The notes under the pieces: model-generated
Databases searched by the model: none
What the model saw: only the letters and a program-made list of their open reading frames with translations
What the model was told of the DNA's origin: nothing
Assembly: GCA_964016885.1 (NCBI GenBank)
Contig: OZ024752.1
Coordinates: 26,350,001-26,414,000 of the forward strand
Length of the DNA: 64,000 bases
Direction: 5' to 3'
Source: Eledone cirrhosa
Taxonomy: Eukaryota
Position numbers and translations under genes: made by a program
In this document: positions 10,830-25,337 of the stretch, in pieces
How positions within the stretch are numbered: the first letter of the stretch is position 1
Layout: each line of letters starts with the position of its first letter

Positions 10830-13800
10830 CCATTCACTCGAGCAATTCTCGCCATTTTCACCCACTTTTCATAAAACTTTCTGGGGAACAGCACCTCTCT
10901 CCATCCTGATTCTTCTTCCAAAGTGGTATTTGAAAAAAAGAATCAGTTGTTGGCCGGAGAGAAAGGTGTCTGACCTCAGCTCTTTCAATGGACTCGGTGG
11001 TCAACTGGATTGGTCCAACCCGCGACAATAGTCGTTCTACATAGCCCCACAGGTCAGTGACGCCCGGGCGGTGTATGAATGCGTGCGCGACGGTTTCTTC
11101 GTCTCGCACGCACCTCGGACAGATCTTTTTTGCAGGGTCCTTTCCCGGGCGCCCATGTCTGTAGAGCTTATCTCGAACTGGTAGAACTCCTCGGTAGCAC
11201 TGCCAGGCCAGGGACTTTTGGAAGTTGTCCATCGGTCCCGGGCGGAAGGTCCTACCGAACAGACTGGCCAGTTCATCTTCCTCTACGCCTAGAGCTTCTT
11301 CGAGCGCGACGTCGCACTTGCTGCGGATCAACCCTCTATAGAATAACGAAGTGGAGTCTCCACTGATCGCCGGGTCCGCCTGCCAGAGGGCTGTGAGCGC
11401 CTGAGCACATTCGATGTGCCAGTCGCCCATTTTCCTCGGTCTTTGTTTGACCAAGGACTGCAGCTCGGTCAGCGAGACGAGTCGTGGGAAGGCTCGCCTC
11501 ACGAAGGGGGCCCACACCGGTTGTCCGGTGAGGAATACGTAGAGATGCCGCAGCCTGTGTGTGTTTTTGCGCATCGTCAGCCACGGCAATCCAAGCCCTC
11601 CGTTAGAAGGGTGTTGGCAGCAGATGGATCTTCTCACCAAAGGAGCCCACCTCTTCCAAAGGAATTGGAAGAGCGCGCGCTCAATTTTGGCGAGCGTTTT
11701 GGCTGGACAAGGCACGACGGTCAAGCGGTAGTAGATGGCGGACGCTATAAAAGTGTTCACCACCTCCGCTCGACCTTTCAAGGATAGTTTGCACTCGGCC
11801 CACTTCTGGGTGAGTGTAAACACCTTGGCCGTTACTTCGTTCCAGTTCTTCTCCCCCTGGAGGTCTGGACCAAACCAGACCCCGAGCAGCTTTACCGGTC
11901 CTTCCGTCCAGCGTCTGACGACGCCATCGGAAGGCATCGGTTTGCCTTTCCACGATCCGAGTTGCAAACCGATGGACTTGTCCCGGTTCAGCTTCGCTCC
12001 TGTGAAACTTTCGTATTCCTTCAGTAAGGTGCCGACTTCCTCGATTTGCGAGGCGCTCGACACCAATACTGTCACGTCGTCGGCGTAGGCCGACGCCGCT
12101 TTCCGCAGTCCCGGTTCCAGAGGGATGCCCTGCAATAGCTCCAACTTCCGCAGTAGTGGCTCGAGAGTCAGTACGTACAGAAGGGAGGAGAGAGGGCATC
12201 TCTGTCGAATGGATCGCGTAATATGGAACGGCTCCGAGAGGTTGCCGTTCACCTTGACCCTTGAGCAGATGTTGCTGTTGTGCATTGCAGCAATCCAGCC
12301 CCTGAACACGGATCCGAAGCCTGCCGCCTCGAGCACCGCATCCAGGTAACGAAAGCTTTAGACTGATCCAAGTTGATCAGGGCCCCACCGAAGCCGGGTT
12401 TACACCCAACCCTCTCTATGATGTATCGCATGAGGTGGAGTTTGTCGTGTATGGACCTGGTCGGTATTGCGCATGTCTGCGCTTCTCCAACCATGTTCTC
12501 GACGACAAGCGCCAGCCTCTTTGCCAACACCTTGGCCAAAATCTGTAACTCTGTGTTTAGCAGAGTTATGGACCGGAAGTTGCCTATGTCATCCCCCTTA
12601 TTCTCGTCCTTCCTGACTAATGTGACCACGACCCCGGTTACAGAACTGGGAATTCTCCCGTTCTGTTGCCAGTTGCAGTAGACCGCTTCCAGGAGACCGG
12701 AGAATAAGTCCGGCATTGCTACGTAAAATTCGTAGGGTAGACCGTCGAGACCTGGAGTTTTGCGTTTGCCGCATTGGCTCAGCGCGTTCCCAATCTCAGC
12801 GGCTCAAATCGGCTTTTCGCAGAACTTTGCCTCGATGTCCGAGAGTCGCAGTAGGCCGTCGAGGTATGGACCGAAATCCATAGCCCCTCCCGGCGCGCCG
12901 CCCCGCCCGAACAGTCGATCAAAGTGCCGCTGAAAGGCCGCACACATCTGCTTCGGCTCACGTATCACGCGTCCGTTTTGGTCCTTCAAAGACCGAATCG
13001 TGGACTTGTTACCACTTTTTGCCTCCGTCACTCGGGCCCAGCTAACAGCTTTGGCTCCGTCGTTTCCCAGAGCACGTATTTTGCTTCTGACAACGCAGCC
13101 CTCGTGCTTTGCGTCGAAGAACTGGTCCAAGGCCGTTCTCGTTGCTAGCACGCTGGCTACGTTGCGACTTTTAATTGCTTCTTCTACTTTATCTACCAGT
13201 TCCATCTCGGTTCTATTTCTATCTAACGCTAATTCTTTACTAAAAACTAACGAGTCTAATCTAACTGCCCTCTTGAGAGAGTACCACCATCTGTTGTTGA
13301 CAATGGCCCCTGTCAAGTGCTGTTTAACTAAAGTGCTAATCCGTCTACTGTAGGCTTTGCTTGTCGGTAACGACAAGTTCAGCTTCCAGTAGCCGGGTCC
13401 TTGTCTATGGGTTCTATCAAGGTTGGCCATGCAGGTCACTAGTTTGTGATCTGAATAGTCAACCATGAACATTTGTGGACAGCTTAACATGTCCCTATCC
13501 TTATTTCTAACTAGAACGCTATCTAGGTACGATCTAGATGTTCCGCTGAGATTAGTCCACGTCCACAGTGACACAGTCGAAAAATCTAGTCGATATCTAT
13601 CGGCCAGGTCAAATCGGTCGATTAACTGTTTGAGGCTGTTACACCCCCCTTTATCGGAACATGCTCCCACATAGTCCCAACGTGCATCTAGGATTCCATT
13701 CCAGTCCCCCACTAAAAGCAAGGAGCGGGACGTTCCCAGAAAAGTCTCTAGACGTTTGAAGAAGTCTGGCCGTGGTGTCCCGGATGGGGCATATGCAGCC

Positions 13801-14107
13801 ACCAGCCTGAAGGCTCCACCTTCACTACCAGTCGACCCTCAGGGTCCAGATGTACCGTCTGTGTTATGAGGCCCAGGTGTTTCCTCAGCAAAACGGCAAC
13901 TCCGCCCCCATTCCCCGGTTGACAGAGAGATGCGTAGATCTCAAAGTCATCGAAGATGGGGGCCAGCTGTCGCTCGCTGTGGATCCTGGACTCGCAAATG
14001 ACTACCACATCCATACTGTGCGACCTGAGGTCGTTTAAGAGTTTGCCCTGTTTCCAGGGCATCTCCAGGCCGCGTACGTTCACACATCCAACTCTTATAT
14101 TGGCCAT
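10830..14107 (-). pseudogene. LINE ORF2 (APE endonuclease, reverse transcriptase, zf-RVT), several frameshifts
   Basis: MANIRVGCVNVRGL, LVGDWN, YLDSVLV, SDH, WKLN (endonuclease); NFRSITLLN, LDQSKAF, RQRCPLS, AYADD (RT); CPRC..ETVAH. Confidence 0.93.
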
Positions 14108-14140
14108 GTTGGTGCTGAAAAGTTAAAAGAGGAAAAGAGA

Positions 14141-16065
14141 TCACTCACCCTTCGTCTCCTGGGGACCAGGCTGCACGATTTCCATGGGGGTGTTGGAGGG
14201 GTTGTCTGGGTGGGTGGTGGTTTCCGGCGGGGTGGGGACGGAGATGTTTGGTGGGGTGGGGTCTGGTGGGATGGGGGTATCTGGGGTGGGGAGACATTTG
14301 AGAAGGACGCGGTTAAGTGGTTTCACGCAGGAATTCCCCACATCATTTTCAAATGTTTCTTTTAGAGATCTATAAGTTTGTATAGGGACCCTAATCAGTT
14401 TTAGGTTCAGTTTTTTGTTATTTTTAATAGACTGGGCGAAAGTTTTCCCTTCGGTTTTCACCGAAGGGTCGTTCGTGATGGTCTCCATTAGTGTTTTGTT
14501 TTCAGTGTTTATGTAAGTGTAAGTGTAATTTTCTTGTGTTGTCTTTGTTTTTGTCTGTAGTTCTTGTGTGTGCTTTCGTTTTGTTGTAGGTATTTTGTTT
14601 TCAGGAGGTGGGGGTTTTGTTTGTGATGTTTTTGTTGTTTGTGTTGGTGGTTGTATGTTTGTGGTAGTTTTTGCTGGTTTTTTGCTTTTGTGATGTCTTT
14701 TCTTTCTTTTCGAGCGATGGGGTTTTCCCTCGTCTTCATTGGGTGATGGCGAGATAGCCTCATCTGTTGTATCGTCTGTGTGATTGGGTAGGGGTATGTC
14801 TTGGGGAGCTGTTGTGTCTGTATGTGATTTTGCAGTGGTTTTAGGTGGAGTGGGGTTGGGTGGGACTGTGTTTGTTGTGGTTATTTTTGTGTGTTGGTGT
14901 TGTTGTTGTGGTGGTGTTGGTGGTTGTGTTGTTTTGATGGGTGTCGGCAGAAGAGCATTTTTTTTACTCATTAATTTAGGACAGGAAGTCCTCAGGTGAT
15001 CCCTGCTAAAGCAATGGTAACATGAAGGCCGCCTACCCTCAACCGAAAAGTTTATGTAGGTGAGTCCGTCCAGGAGTACACGTTGTGGGATCATAGCTAT
15101 TCGCTCTGGGCTCATTTGCACCAGAACTTCAATGCAGGTCCCATTGAATACATCTTTGGGGGACTTTCCTACTGACAGTATTTCGTCTTCATCAAAATTG
15201 ATGAAGCCGCACAGTAGCCACCATATGTTCACCTTTGGTGTGACACTCGTGATTTTAATCTTTTGTGTCCTTGTTCCCATGTATGTAGGGAAAAAGGTAT
15301 ACAGGTTGGATACAATTGGCGACACAGAGTAATTTTGGGCTGTCAATTGATCCTTCATGAGTACCGAAATACCCCCAAAGAGTTTGCTTCTTTGAATGAA
15401 TGAAATATTCATTGAATTTTTGAAAACCAGTCAATTTCTTTCTGTGACAATTGGACTGGTTTTCGGGTAGCATTGGAAACTGTCCTAAAAACTATCGTTT
15501 TGAGAGCAGTTTCCTTGCGAATTTCTACCGGAGAATTGATGCTGAAAGCACCATTCTTTTCGAAAGTGACATATCTCCTAGCGTCCTTTAAAAGTTGTTC
15601 GGCATTTGTTATGTCAAGATATCTCAGTTCCTCCTTTTTCTGAACTGTCTGTGCAAAGGAGATTTTTGGTTTCTTTGTGGAATTATCCGTGTTGGTGGTG
15701 TTGTCATTATTGTTGTTATTGTTGTTGTTATTCTTGTTGTAACTGATGTTGATATTATTCGTATTTTCCTTGGTGTTGGTGTTGGTTTTGTTGTTGTCTT
15801 TGATGCTGGTGTTATTGGTGTTGTCTTTATTTTTTTCTTTGTTGTTGTTGTCATTGTTGTTTTTATCATCATTATTGGTGTTGTTGTTATTTTTGTTATC
15901 ATTGAACTGTTTGGTGTCATTTGTGTTGTTTGGATATGAATTTGTTTTTACATTTTCATTTCGTCTTTCCATCTCCATAGTATCTAGGGAAGAAGACGAT
16001 TTTGACTGCGAGCTCTGTAGTCTTACCGACTCTCCACCACCATTATCGTTGAACGCAGCGTTCAT
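14141..16065 (-). pseudogene. LINE ORF1 (gag-like, CX2CX4HX4C knuckle), one frameshift near 15410
   Basis: ORFs 15409-16212 and 14141-15412; CYHCFSRDHLRTSC; 'ISFAQTV' motif; Asn-, Thr- and Pro-rich linkers. Confidence 0.85.
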
Positions 16066-16278
16066 AACGTAATCAAACTTACGATATTTTTTCCAAAATT
16101 CGATGGAGAAAAAATTTTCAAAGGAATATTTCGCCCCTGCAGGGGCGAAAATGAGTTGACCCACCACCTGAAAGTCCAGACGGGGGGGGGGGGGGGGGGT
16201 CAAGTTACACAATAATATAAAATTTAACTGAAAACTCGATATACAGGCAGACAGTTACGTAGATAGGTAGATAGATAA

Positions 16279-17123
16279 ATTTCTTTTTTAGCCACAAGGC
16301 ACAAAAGAAGGGGACAAATACAAATAAAAATAAAACTATTAATAAAATAACAAATAACAATTGAAATCCCCAATAGGGGGAGGCGTTACACAGGGGTTGT
16401 ACACACCCCGAAAAAATGTCCAGCCCTCACCTCCAGGAGCAACAAGAGTGAGTACTCCCCTGCTCTCTTTCTCTTTTTCCTCAACCTACAGGCTTATATA
16501 GAGAGAAAGCCCAACCACTCGGGCCATCTTTGCCACATTCACCCACCTTTTATAAAATTTGCTGGGGTACAGCACCTCTCTCTCTATCCTGAATCTTCTA
16601 CCAAAATGATATTTGAAAAAACGAATTAGTTGTTCGTCGGAGAGAAAGGTGTCTGACCTCAGCCCTTTTAACCTCGTCCACCCTATAACCTCTTTCACCA
16701 TAGCCATAACACATAGGAAAACCGCCTCTCCTTCGTTTTTGAAGGAGGGTGGCGGTTTGATCATGACAATGGACTCGGTGGTCAACTGGATTGGTCCCAC
16801 CCGCGACAATAGTTGTTCTACTTATCCCCACAGGTCGGAAATGTCCGGGCAGTGTACAAATGCCTGCGCGACGGTTTCCTCGTCGTGCACGCATCTCGGA
16901 CAGATCTTTTTCGAAGGGTCCCTGCCCGGGCGCCCGTGTCTGTAGAGCTTGTCTCGAACTGGTAGAGCTCTTCGGTAGCACTGCCAGGCCAGGGACTTTT
17001 GGAAGTTGTCCATCGGTCCCGGGCGGAAGGTTCTACCGAACAGACTGGCCAGTTCGTCTTCCTCTACGCCTAGAGTTTCTCCGAGCGCATCGTCGCACTT
17101 GCTGCGGACCAACCCTCTATAGA
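16279..17123 (-). mobile_element. 5'-truncated Tx1/L1 copy 2
   Basis: Homologous to 10568-11345; intact CPRC...HCP; flanked by 'gatagata' and (GATA)n. Confidence 0.9.
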
Positions 17124-17313
17124 ATAGGTAGATAGATAGATAGATAGGGAGATAGATAGATAGATTGATAAATAGACAGATATATAGATAGAGAGACAAC
17201 AGACAGACACAGATAGAGTGAGGGAGTGTGTGTGTAAGAAGCGGTGAGATAGAAAAAGAAAGGGAGAAAATATAAGAGAGAGGGTTGAATGATAAACAAC
17301 AAGGGTGCAAATG

Positions 17314-17344
<31 letters not shown>

Positions 17345-17508
17345 ACTTTGAAGAGAGACAGTCTATTGCATCCTTTACTAGGAATCTTGTTTTTCTGGTT
17401 TGCAAGAACGACTTAAGGCAGGCAGGTGGCGTGAGAGTTTACCTTCCACTGATGTTTTTGATTGATGGCCGATCTTATGTCCAGGTGTTTTACATAGAGA
17501 GAGAGAGC

Positions 17509-17541
<33 letters not shown>

Positions 17542-18387
17542 GGGGAGAGAGAGAGTGAGTGAGAGAGAGAGCAAACTAACAAATATATATATAAAAAAAC
17601 AGATTTTATAGTAAACAAGACTTGGTTACGTAGCATTGGAAAGTTTGAAAATATGGTCGCCAAAATGCAGATAACTTTAATCATTCTTTCTAGCATAAGC
17701 GCAAGGTCAGTTTATGTGGCTTGTCTGAAGCTGTGAAGAAATCTCGTAAACTTATAAGGAGCGGTTTAAGCAATAAAATTGCAAAGGAGTCAAACGTTAT
17801 TTGAGATCTGCATCATATTTGGTAGGTTTATTTATGTTGATGTTTCCGCCATTTATTGATAGTGTTGTTGTTGTTATTATTATTATGTGTATTGATTTGG
17901 GACTGTGGCCCTTGTGGCCAATAAAGAAATTAATATGTGTTTGATTTGTGACTGTAGTGTAATAAAGTCAGAACTTCCAGGTGGGCAGTTACATTTCATA
18001 TACAATGCTACATATATGCTTTATTTAATCTCAAGAAACGCCATCATGTTTAAAAGGCTGTTTCCGCTACGTTCTATCTCTCGCTCTCTAGTTTTCTTTT
18101 ACGAAGATTAGTACTAAAAATAGTTTTTAATCCTTTCTGACAGTAAGGATTTGTTTGGAGAGAAGATTTTGGTTGATATGTTAACAGTATGTGTGATTTA
18201 TGTAAGCAGCTCTTTCTCTGAATTGCATCATATCGCTTTTCTAGCCACTGCAAGCTTTTTTCTTGTTGTTGATTGTATTCCTTTTGAGATTCTCTGCTAC
18301 CCCCACTTCCCCCACACATATTTCATTCTCTCTTTCCCTCTCTCTGCTTAATTCTTAGAAATAATATGATCAACTAAAACTGACACG

Positions 18388-18578
18388 AGTTATCAAATTC
18401 AGACCTTAAGCATTCGTAGTTTGTCATGTAATATGTTTCTTCTTATTACTCCACCTCACTCCCCACTGTAGCTCAATTGGAGTTATCAAATTCAAACCTT
18501 AAGCCTTCGTAGTTCAGTCATGTAATATTTTTATTATTATTATTACATCACCTCATTCCCCACTGCAGCTCAATTGGA
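18388..18578. repeat. About 95-bp tandem duplication
   Basis: 'gagttatcaaattca.accttaagc.ttcgtagtt...ccccactg.agctcaattgga' twice. Confidence 0.8.
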
Positions 18579-19059
18579 CTAAATCACAACCATCACCACA
18601 ATCATTCTTTTGACGAAGAAATTTATAAACATCCGTTAACATTAAACTGCCTTGCCGTAGCGAGTTTTCATTTTTGTTAATCAAGACTGAGTGAATAAGT
18701 TGGTGTTATTGAATTTGAAGTTAGCTCCTGGTGAAGCTAGATAGCGAATCGATTTCAATTCTTAATTGCAGCCGTTTCATCTGACTGACACAACCAATGT
18801 TCATGACCCCCCCCCCCCCCCCACACTCCCAACCCCCAAACAAACAAGCAAAAACTCATGAACGATGCAATTTCCGATTCTTCATTCGTCCCTATCCTAA
18901 TGAGGCAGATATTATCGATACCCTCCTTGTTTCTTGTTATACTATCTTCAAACCTAAACTCTCTCAACGGCCGATTCTACTCTAGTTCTAAGTGGCAACC
19001 ATTGCTGGTTTCCACTAAAATAGTGTTATGTGCACCTTCTCTTGAAAGTGTAAAGTCTG

Positions 19060-19330
19060 TTTTAAACCAGAAGGCTCATTTGGCCGGTGCTTATCCCAGT
19101 TTCATGGCGTGAAGCGAGTGAGAGTACAATACTTCCCCCTGGACAGGACGCCAGTCCATCACAGGGTTAAATCCCCAGCTATTGCTGGTACTCATTTGCA
19201 GCTGAGTATAGTGGAGCAACGTGAAATGAAGTGTTTTGCTCAAGAACACAACACGCAACCAAGGAATCGAAGCTACGACATTATGATCGTAAGTCCAACA
19301 CCCTTACCACTAGGCCACCTGCCTCCACTC
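19060..19330 (-). mobile_element. tRNA-derived SINE with CORE-like and V-like segments
   Basis: Minus strand: 'tggcctagtgg' A-box, 'ttcgattcc' B-box, 'gttcttgagcaaaacactt', 'ccctgtgatggactggcgtcctgtccagggg'. Partial relatives at 23910-24045, 51190-51305 and 55755-55875. Confidence 0.8.
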
Positions 19331-20299
19331 TCTTAAAAGTACATTCTATTAAATATAGTAAATAAGGAAGTTTACTACTCCTAGTAGATGTACCCAAGAC
19401 AACCACCACTCCAGGCAACTAATTATAAAGAGGGAGGTAATAAACCTGTCTTGTGTGATGCTCTGTATCATTTAGATCCATCAAAAGGCTTCGATGAGTT
19501 CGTTCATCAGTATTTCGCTCCAGTATTCAGTGCAGCCCTTTACGATTCCTTTTTTTCGGAGACTAAATCGCTTCAATGAATCGTGTCGTCTCTTCAGTTG
19601 TCAGATGAAGTTGCTACTCTCGGAACTGTTTCAATCCATACTCTCGGTCTTCAACAGGCGTTCACTCATATGGATCTTAAATGGTTTGTCTTTTGAGTCC
19701 ATTGTTGCGGATATTAAACGTATTGAAAGGTGAACTGGGACGTAGGAAACCTGTGTCGGTATATATATATATATGGATATTGCAATCGTCAAGTTGTTTG
19801 ACACCAATGAAATGGCAGCGTATTGAAGGGTAAATATATAGAATTACGTATTAACAAGATTAAACGAGTAGTCTTAAGGCTGAGTCCCTTTCAATCTATT
19901 TGGAGTATGACTCAGTCCGGTCTTTGAAGGGGATAGGAGCTGGGATAAGGATATGTGCATATATATATATATATATTCATTTTACTATATATTAAATGAA
20001 TATTAAAACTCTACTTCGGTATTGAGTACTCTTTTTTCTCAACCATCAACAGCATTCGGATATATATATATATATTAGAAAGTGAGGTTTTTTTTACAAA
20101 ATGAAAAATAACCGAGGTGTCCTACACGAGTGAAAGTATAATGAAAAAAGATGGAATCGAAAATGCAACTTTTGAAAAGATGGAATCGAAAATTCTACTT
20201 TTGAACAGCAGAAGAACTGCGAAACCGGTAAAGGAACCAAATAAATATATATATTTAAAAACAAAAGACTCCAGTTGAATTTTCGATTTCATATTTTTT

Positions 20300-20337
<38 letters not shown>

Positions 20338-20340
<3 letters not shown>

Positions 20341-20516
20341 TATCCCGGTTTCAATCGGGGGTGACCAGACCACAGTAAGTAAGGTACTCAATGCATAGCA
20401 GAGTATAAATACTAAATATAGAAATGGCTTCTGCAGGACTAGAATTGTTTCATTCGGTAGAATGATTATTTCGACCGAATGAAACAGTTCTAGTCCTGTA
20501 GAAGTCATTTCTATAT

Positions 20517-20517
<1 letters not shown>
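20338..20517 (-). mobile_element. HHR-type family K fold-back element in (TA)n
   Basis: Palindrome about 20415-20517 with 'accgaat GAAA cagttctag TC ctgta'; relatives at 21146-21255 and 39111-39291; ACTC..GAGTAC tail. Confidence 0.7.
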
Positions 20518-20580
<63 letters not shown>

Positions 20581-21022
20581 CATGCACACACATTAGTAGT
20601 TTCCTCTAACGATTCCAGTTTGTACAAATTAAAAAAAAAGTGCTTATAAAAGTCGAAGAAGTTCAAGAACAGAGTTAAACAGATATAAGATAAAAGATAA
20701 TTTTCTGTTCATATTTAATACGCATGAATTACATATACGGCATTTATGCAATTGAATTACAGAGTATATTATTGACATGGAGCGTGTATCTGTAGCACAG
20801 TGCATTTGACACGAGATTATTGTAATCGTTTTGTAAAAAATATAACTCTTACTTGTAGCATAGCATATCAAAAGAAATATAATATCGTTCTGTTAAACCA
20901 AATATGCATTCATTAACAACGCTTCTAGTACATCTAAAGCTCCTTTTCAGCCTAGGCAGCGACGTGTATTCTGCTGGTATATTGTATAACACATACACAT
21001 ATAGTCATACACACTCACTCGT

Positions 21023-21066
<44 letters not shown>

Positions 21067-21671
21067 TGGAGTATTGTAACGATAATGATATAATTATAGG
21101 GATATATAAGTGCCCAAATAAACTCATATATATATATATATATATATGAAACAGTTCCAGTCCTGTAGAAGCCATTTCTTTAATATAATGAATATTTTAT
21201 CTCTACTTCAGTATTGAGTGCACTTTTCTCTCGGCCGTTAACCACGTAAATACCTAGATATACATGTAAATACTTGTGTGTGTCCGTGTGTGTGTGTGTG
21301 CGTATAGATGGATAGATAGATAGATAGATAGGTATTCATACACAGCCACATCATTATGCACACACCTACTCCCACCCCTACACATATGTATTATTGGAGA
21401 GGAAAAAGAAAGGTTGGGACGCACAGTCAAGTTAATATGCAACAGATAATTTGATGATTCACTTATCCAGACACAAACAGCGCCATATATTAATTTTCAT
21501 ATCCTTTCGTTTGTTTTTCTTACATGTAGATATATAAATACATATATATATATATATATATATATAATGATACATACATATAATCATACATACATACATA
21601 CACACACACATACATACATACATACATATATACATACACACATACATACATACATATATATATACATACAT

Positions 21672-22415
21672 CAATGATGATGTGGATAGGCTATATTTCT
21701 CACACAAGGAGGGTGGCTGGGGACTAAAATCCATATTTATATCATACGAAACTGGATAACAACAGTGAAACACCATCTTCAACAGTAGAAAAAGGTCAGC
21801 AGCCATCTTGACCAGATTTATGAGCATGAAAATAGTAATATTGTTAGGATAGCCACTGATCTAGAAGAGAGACATGAAATAAAACCTGATACAAATCTCT
21901 CTCCCAGGAACATTGGAAGACTGTACTCAATGCTCGAACAAAATAAAAAAAATGCACCAATTCCCTGAGAAGGTTGCACATGGGTACTTGAGACGAAGAA
22001 CACGGACCATGGAGCGGATAAACCAGACTAAACGCCTGACATGGAGTTCCGATAACTTCATAACATCCTCCTTGAAGGATATCTCCATGTAATCCAGAAA
22101 CAATAAATGCCCACCAAGTACCTACTGCACAAAAGAGGAAAGTAATCAGATGACAATAAAGGTAGGCTGTGCAAATCAAAGAGCGAAGATGTTAGCCTCA
22201 TTATTACCAATTCTGAAAGAATGTCTTCTCATTACTACCTCCGTTTGAGGCACGATGTGATAACTAGAACGATCTGGAATGCATTACGGAAGTCAAAACT
22301 GAAAGCAAATAGAGAGGAATATTTTAAAATTTATGGCTCAAAGCAATACTGGTGGAACTTAAAAATAAAAATTGCCAGCAAATCAAAGCACAACCGGCCT
22401 AATATTGTTTGGTAA
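21672..22415 (+). pseudogene. Degraded R4/Dong-like LINE fragment (RT C-terminus, zinc finger, restriction-like endonuclease)
   Basis: DVDRLYFSHKEGGWGL, CRLC, RHD and HNRPNIV resemble the RLY..R..GG.GL, CCHC, RHD and N.PD motifs of RLE-type LINEs. Confidence 0.75.
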
Positions 22416-22444
22416 AAATATCCAAGGTGTAGAAAGCTCAAGGC

Positions 22445-22775
22445 TGGTGGATTGGCAGTATCGGTAGAGCATCGGAAAATATGCCGAGCAGCATAGAGTT
22501 ACGAACCTTTACGTTCTGAGATCAAAACCAGCCAAGGTTAGCTTACGGAGTCGATAAAATAAAGTACCAGTCACGCACTGGGGTCGATTTCATCGACTCC
22601 CCCCCCCCCAATTACTGTCCTTGTGCCTATACTAGATATTATTAAATTCGATTCTGAGTTCAATTCCCGCCGAGGTTAACTTTGTCTTTCATCCTTACGG
22701 GGGTCGATAAAATAAACTACCAATAATACACTGGGTAATTGCTGACCTTGTGCCAAAAGTAGAAACATTTATTAA
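22445..22775 (+). mobile_element. Two Meta-like SINE copies
   Basis: Family head and central domain present. Confidence 0.8.
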
Positions 22776-23212
22776 ATTCGATCTTTTTTTTATTATTGCT
22801 GTTATTATTGTCGTCGTTATTATGTATATATTATTGCTTGTTAATATTTATAAAAAAATATAGCCATGAACAAAGACAAAACACGGAATGATGCAGAAAC
22901 ACACATTTCTCCATGTTATGTCTTCGTGAAAATGTGACGTCGATAAATTCAAAATATATATTCACTCCTATTTGTAGATTACTTTTTAAAACTAATTGAG
23001 TCCCTGAAGTTTGAACTGATTTTTTTATGAAATAAGATCAAACGGAAATATATAGAAACTGCTAAAAGAGCCACCCTTTACTAAACCACAGGTCCTCTAT
23101 GACTGCTAAAATACTTCAGTAGTAGCGGAAATTCACAATAGTAGGATCCCTGTAGTAAAGATGAGAGTACTTAATTCAGGAAGTACGAAGGTGGGATAAG
23201 AAGTTAATAAGC

Positions 23213-23477
23213 TGACCAAGATACTCTCATGGAACGACCAAATGAGGTTCATTTTTCAACATAGTCCCTGGAAAGAAACAATGCAGTTATTAAGAAGAGT
23301 TGAAATTGATGCATACAACATTTCACAGCTCTAGCATCAATCCTTCATAGTCTGACTAAGATATGCTTATGGAATGACCAAATGAGGTTTATTTTTCAAC
23401 AAAGTCCCTGGAAAGAAACAATGCAGTTAACAATGCATAAGAAGAGTTGAAATTAATGCATGCAATATTTCACAGAG
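23213..23477. repeat. About 135-bp tandem duplication
   Basis: 'ctgac.aagata...accaaatgaggtt.atttttcaaca.agtccctggaaagaaacaatgcagtta' twice. Confidence 0.8.
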
Positions 23478-24414
23478 TTATGTATATCCTGTTTATTGGA
23501 ATTTGAAACCTTCCCAGATTGTTAATCTGAATATTTTGTCTCCGATCTTCACAGTTTGTGACCAACATAATGAGAAAATGCTGTGTATATAAAGAACATG
23601 CAGAAACGTTTCATATAAAGTTTGGTTAATTTCAGAATTTCAACACCCAACCCCACCACCACCACCACTACCATCCTACCACTACCCCCTCCCCATTCTA
23701 CCAATACCCCCCACACACCACCCCCACCACCACCACCACCATCACCACCACCATCACCACCACCACCAACCCAACCACCTAACACCACCACCACCATCCT
23801 ACCACTACCATTACCATCACCACCACCACAAAAACAATCATTAAAAAATGAACTTCAAGATAGAAGGGACGTGCATGTTGATGTGACTTGTGTTGCTACA
23901 TTATAATGAGCTGAAAATGTGTACTAGCACTACAGGGGCATTTAACCCTCCGATGGACTGGCACCCTGTCCAGAGGGTTGGTGGTGAGGGGCAGAGACTT
24001 GTATTCTCAGTTGCTTAAAGCCTTGGAAGCCAGGATAAGCAAAGGTCTTGAGACATTAGGTGTACGTATGTATGTAAATATATACACACACACACACACA
24101 CATACACATATGTGTATGTGAGCATATGTATATATATATATATATAACCTAATATATTCCTTCCATATACTGTTGTTATTTCTGTTTACCTTTTACATAC
24201 ATATAATACACACACACATGTATATATATATACACATACATACACATAAACATAGACACAGGCACCTCCCCCACACAAACTCCTTATATATATATATATA
24301 TACGTGTTTCTTCAATTTTATATTTTGATAAGCATAAATATATACACCCATGATAATGTAGGTAAATATACAGGCACATATATACTTACATACTTGGATA
24401 TATACGTATTAATG

Positions 24415-24512
<98 letters not shown>

Positions 24513-24616
24513 CATACATACATGTATGTATGTATGTATATATAAATATATATATATATCATATATATATATATATATATGTACATATATATCTATATCT
24601 ATATATATATGTACAT

Positions 24617-24701
<85 letters not shown>

Positions 24702-24750
24702 CGCGTATGTATCTATATATACGTGTATGTATCTATATATATATGTACAT

Positions 24751-24803
<53 letters not shown>

Positions 24804-25248
24804 CGTGTATGTGTGTATGTGGGGTTTGTAGATAGGTAGGCATTTATTTAGTTAGATAAGTGGCTAGATAGATATCAATGTATGTATGCTTGTAACATCA
24901 TCACCATATTTTCCTTCTTCTTTACGGCTGCCGCTTAGTCCAAGTATTTTGATCATGTACAGATGTATGACGTGTGTATTAATTGCTAAAAGATTTCTTT
25001 GTTTAGATAATTCTATCCTCATCTATTTTCCTGTGTTTGATATGTGTACTCTGACAAGCTGACAGTGGTGACCTTGTAGTATTAGTATACTTTGTGTGTT
25101 GCAGGCTAGATTTAAGTAGTGGCAAATGTGTTTTTAGAAATATGAGGATATATGCTGTTATGACTATATACTCAGATAATAGGTGTATTATGTATTTGTA
25201 TATGTAAGTATATATCTTTATTTCTTTCTTCACCCCTCTCTTTATATA

Positions 25249-25337
<89 letters not shown>

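Larger units (their letters stand above)
10568..16258 (-). mobile_element. Near full-length Tx1/L1-clade LINE (frameshifted) in (GATA)n
   Basis: ORF1 with zinc knuckle plus ORF2 with APE endonuclease, RT and C-terminal CCHC. The 3' end reads 'gtggctAATAAAgaaat(atct)n'; GATA-like repeats flank both ends. Confidence 0.92.
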
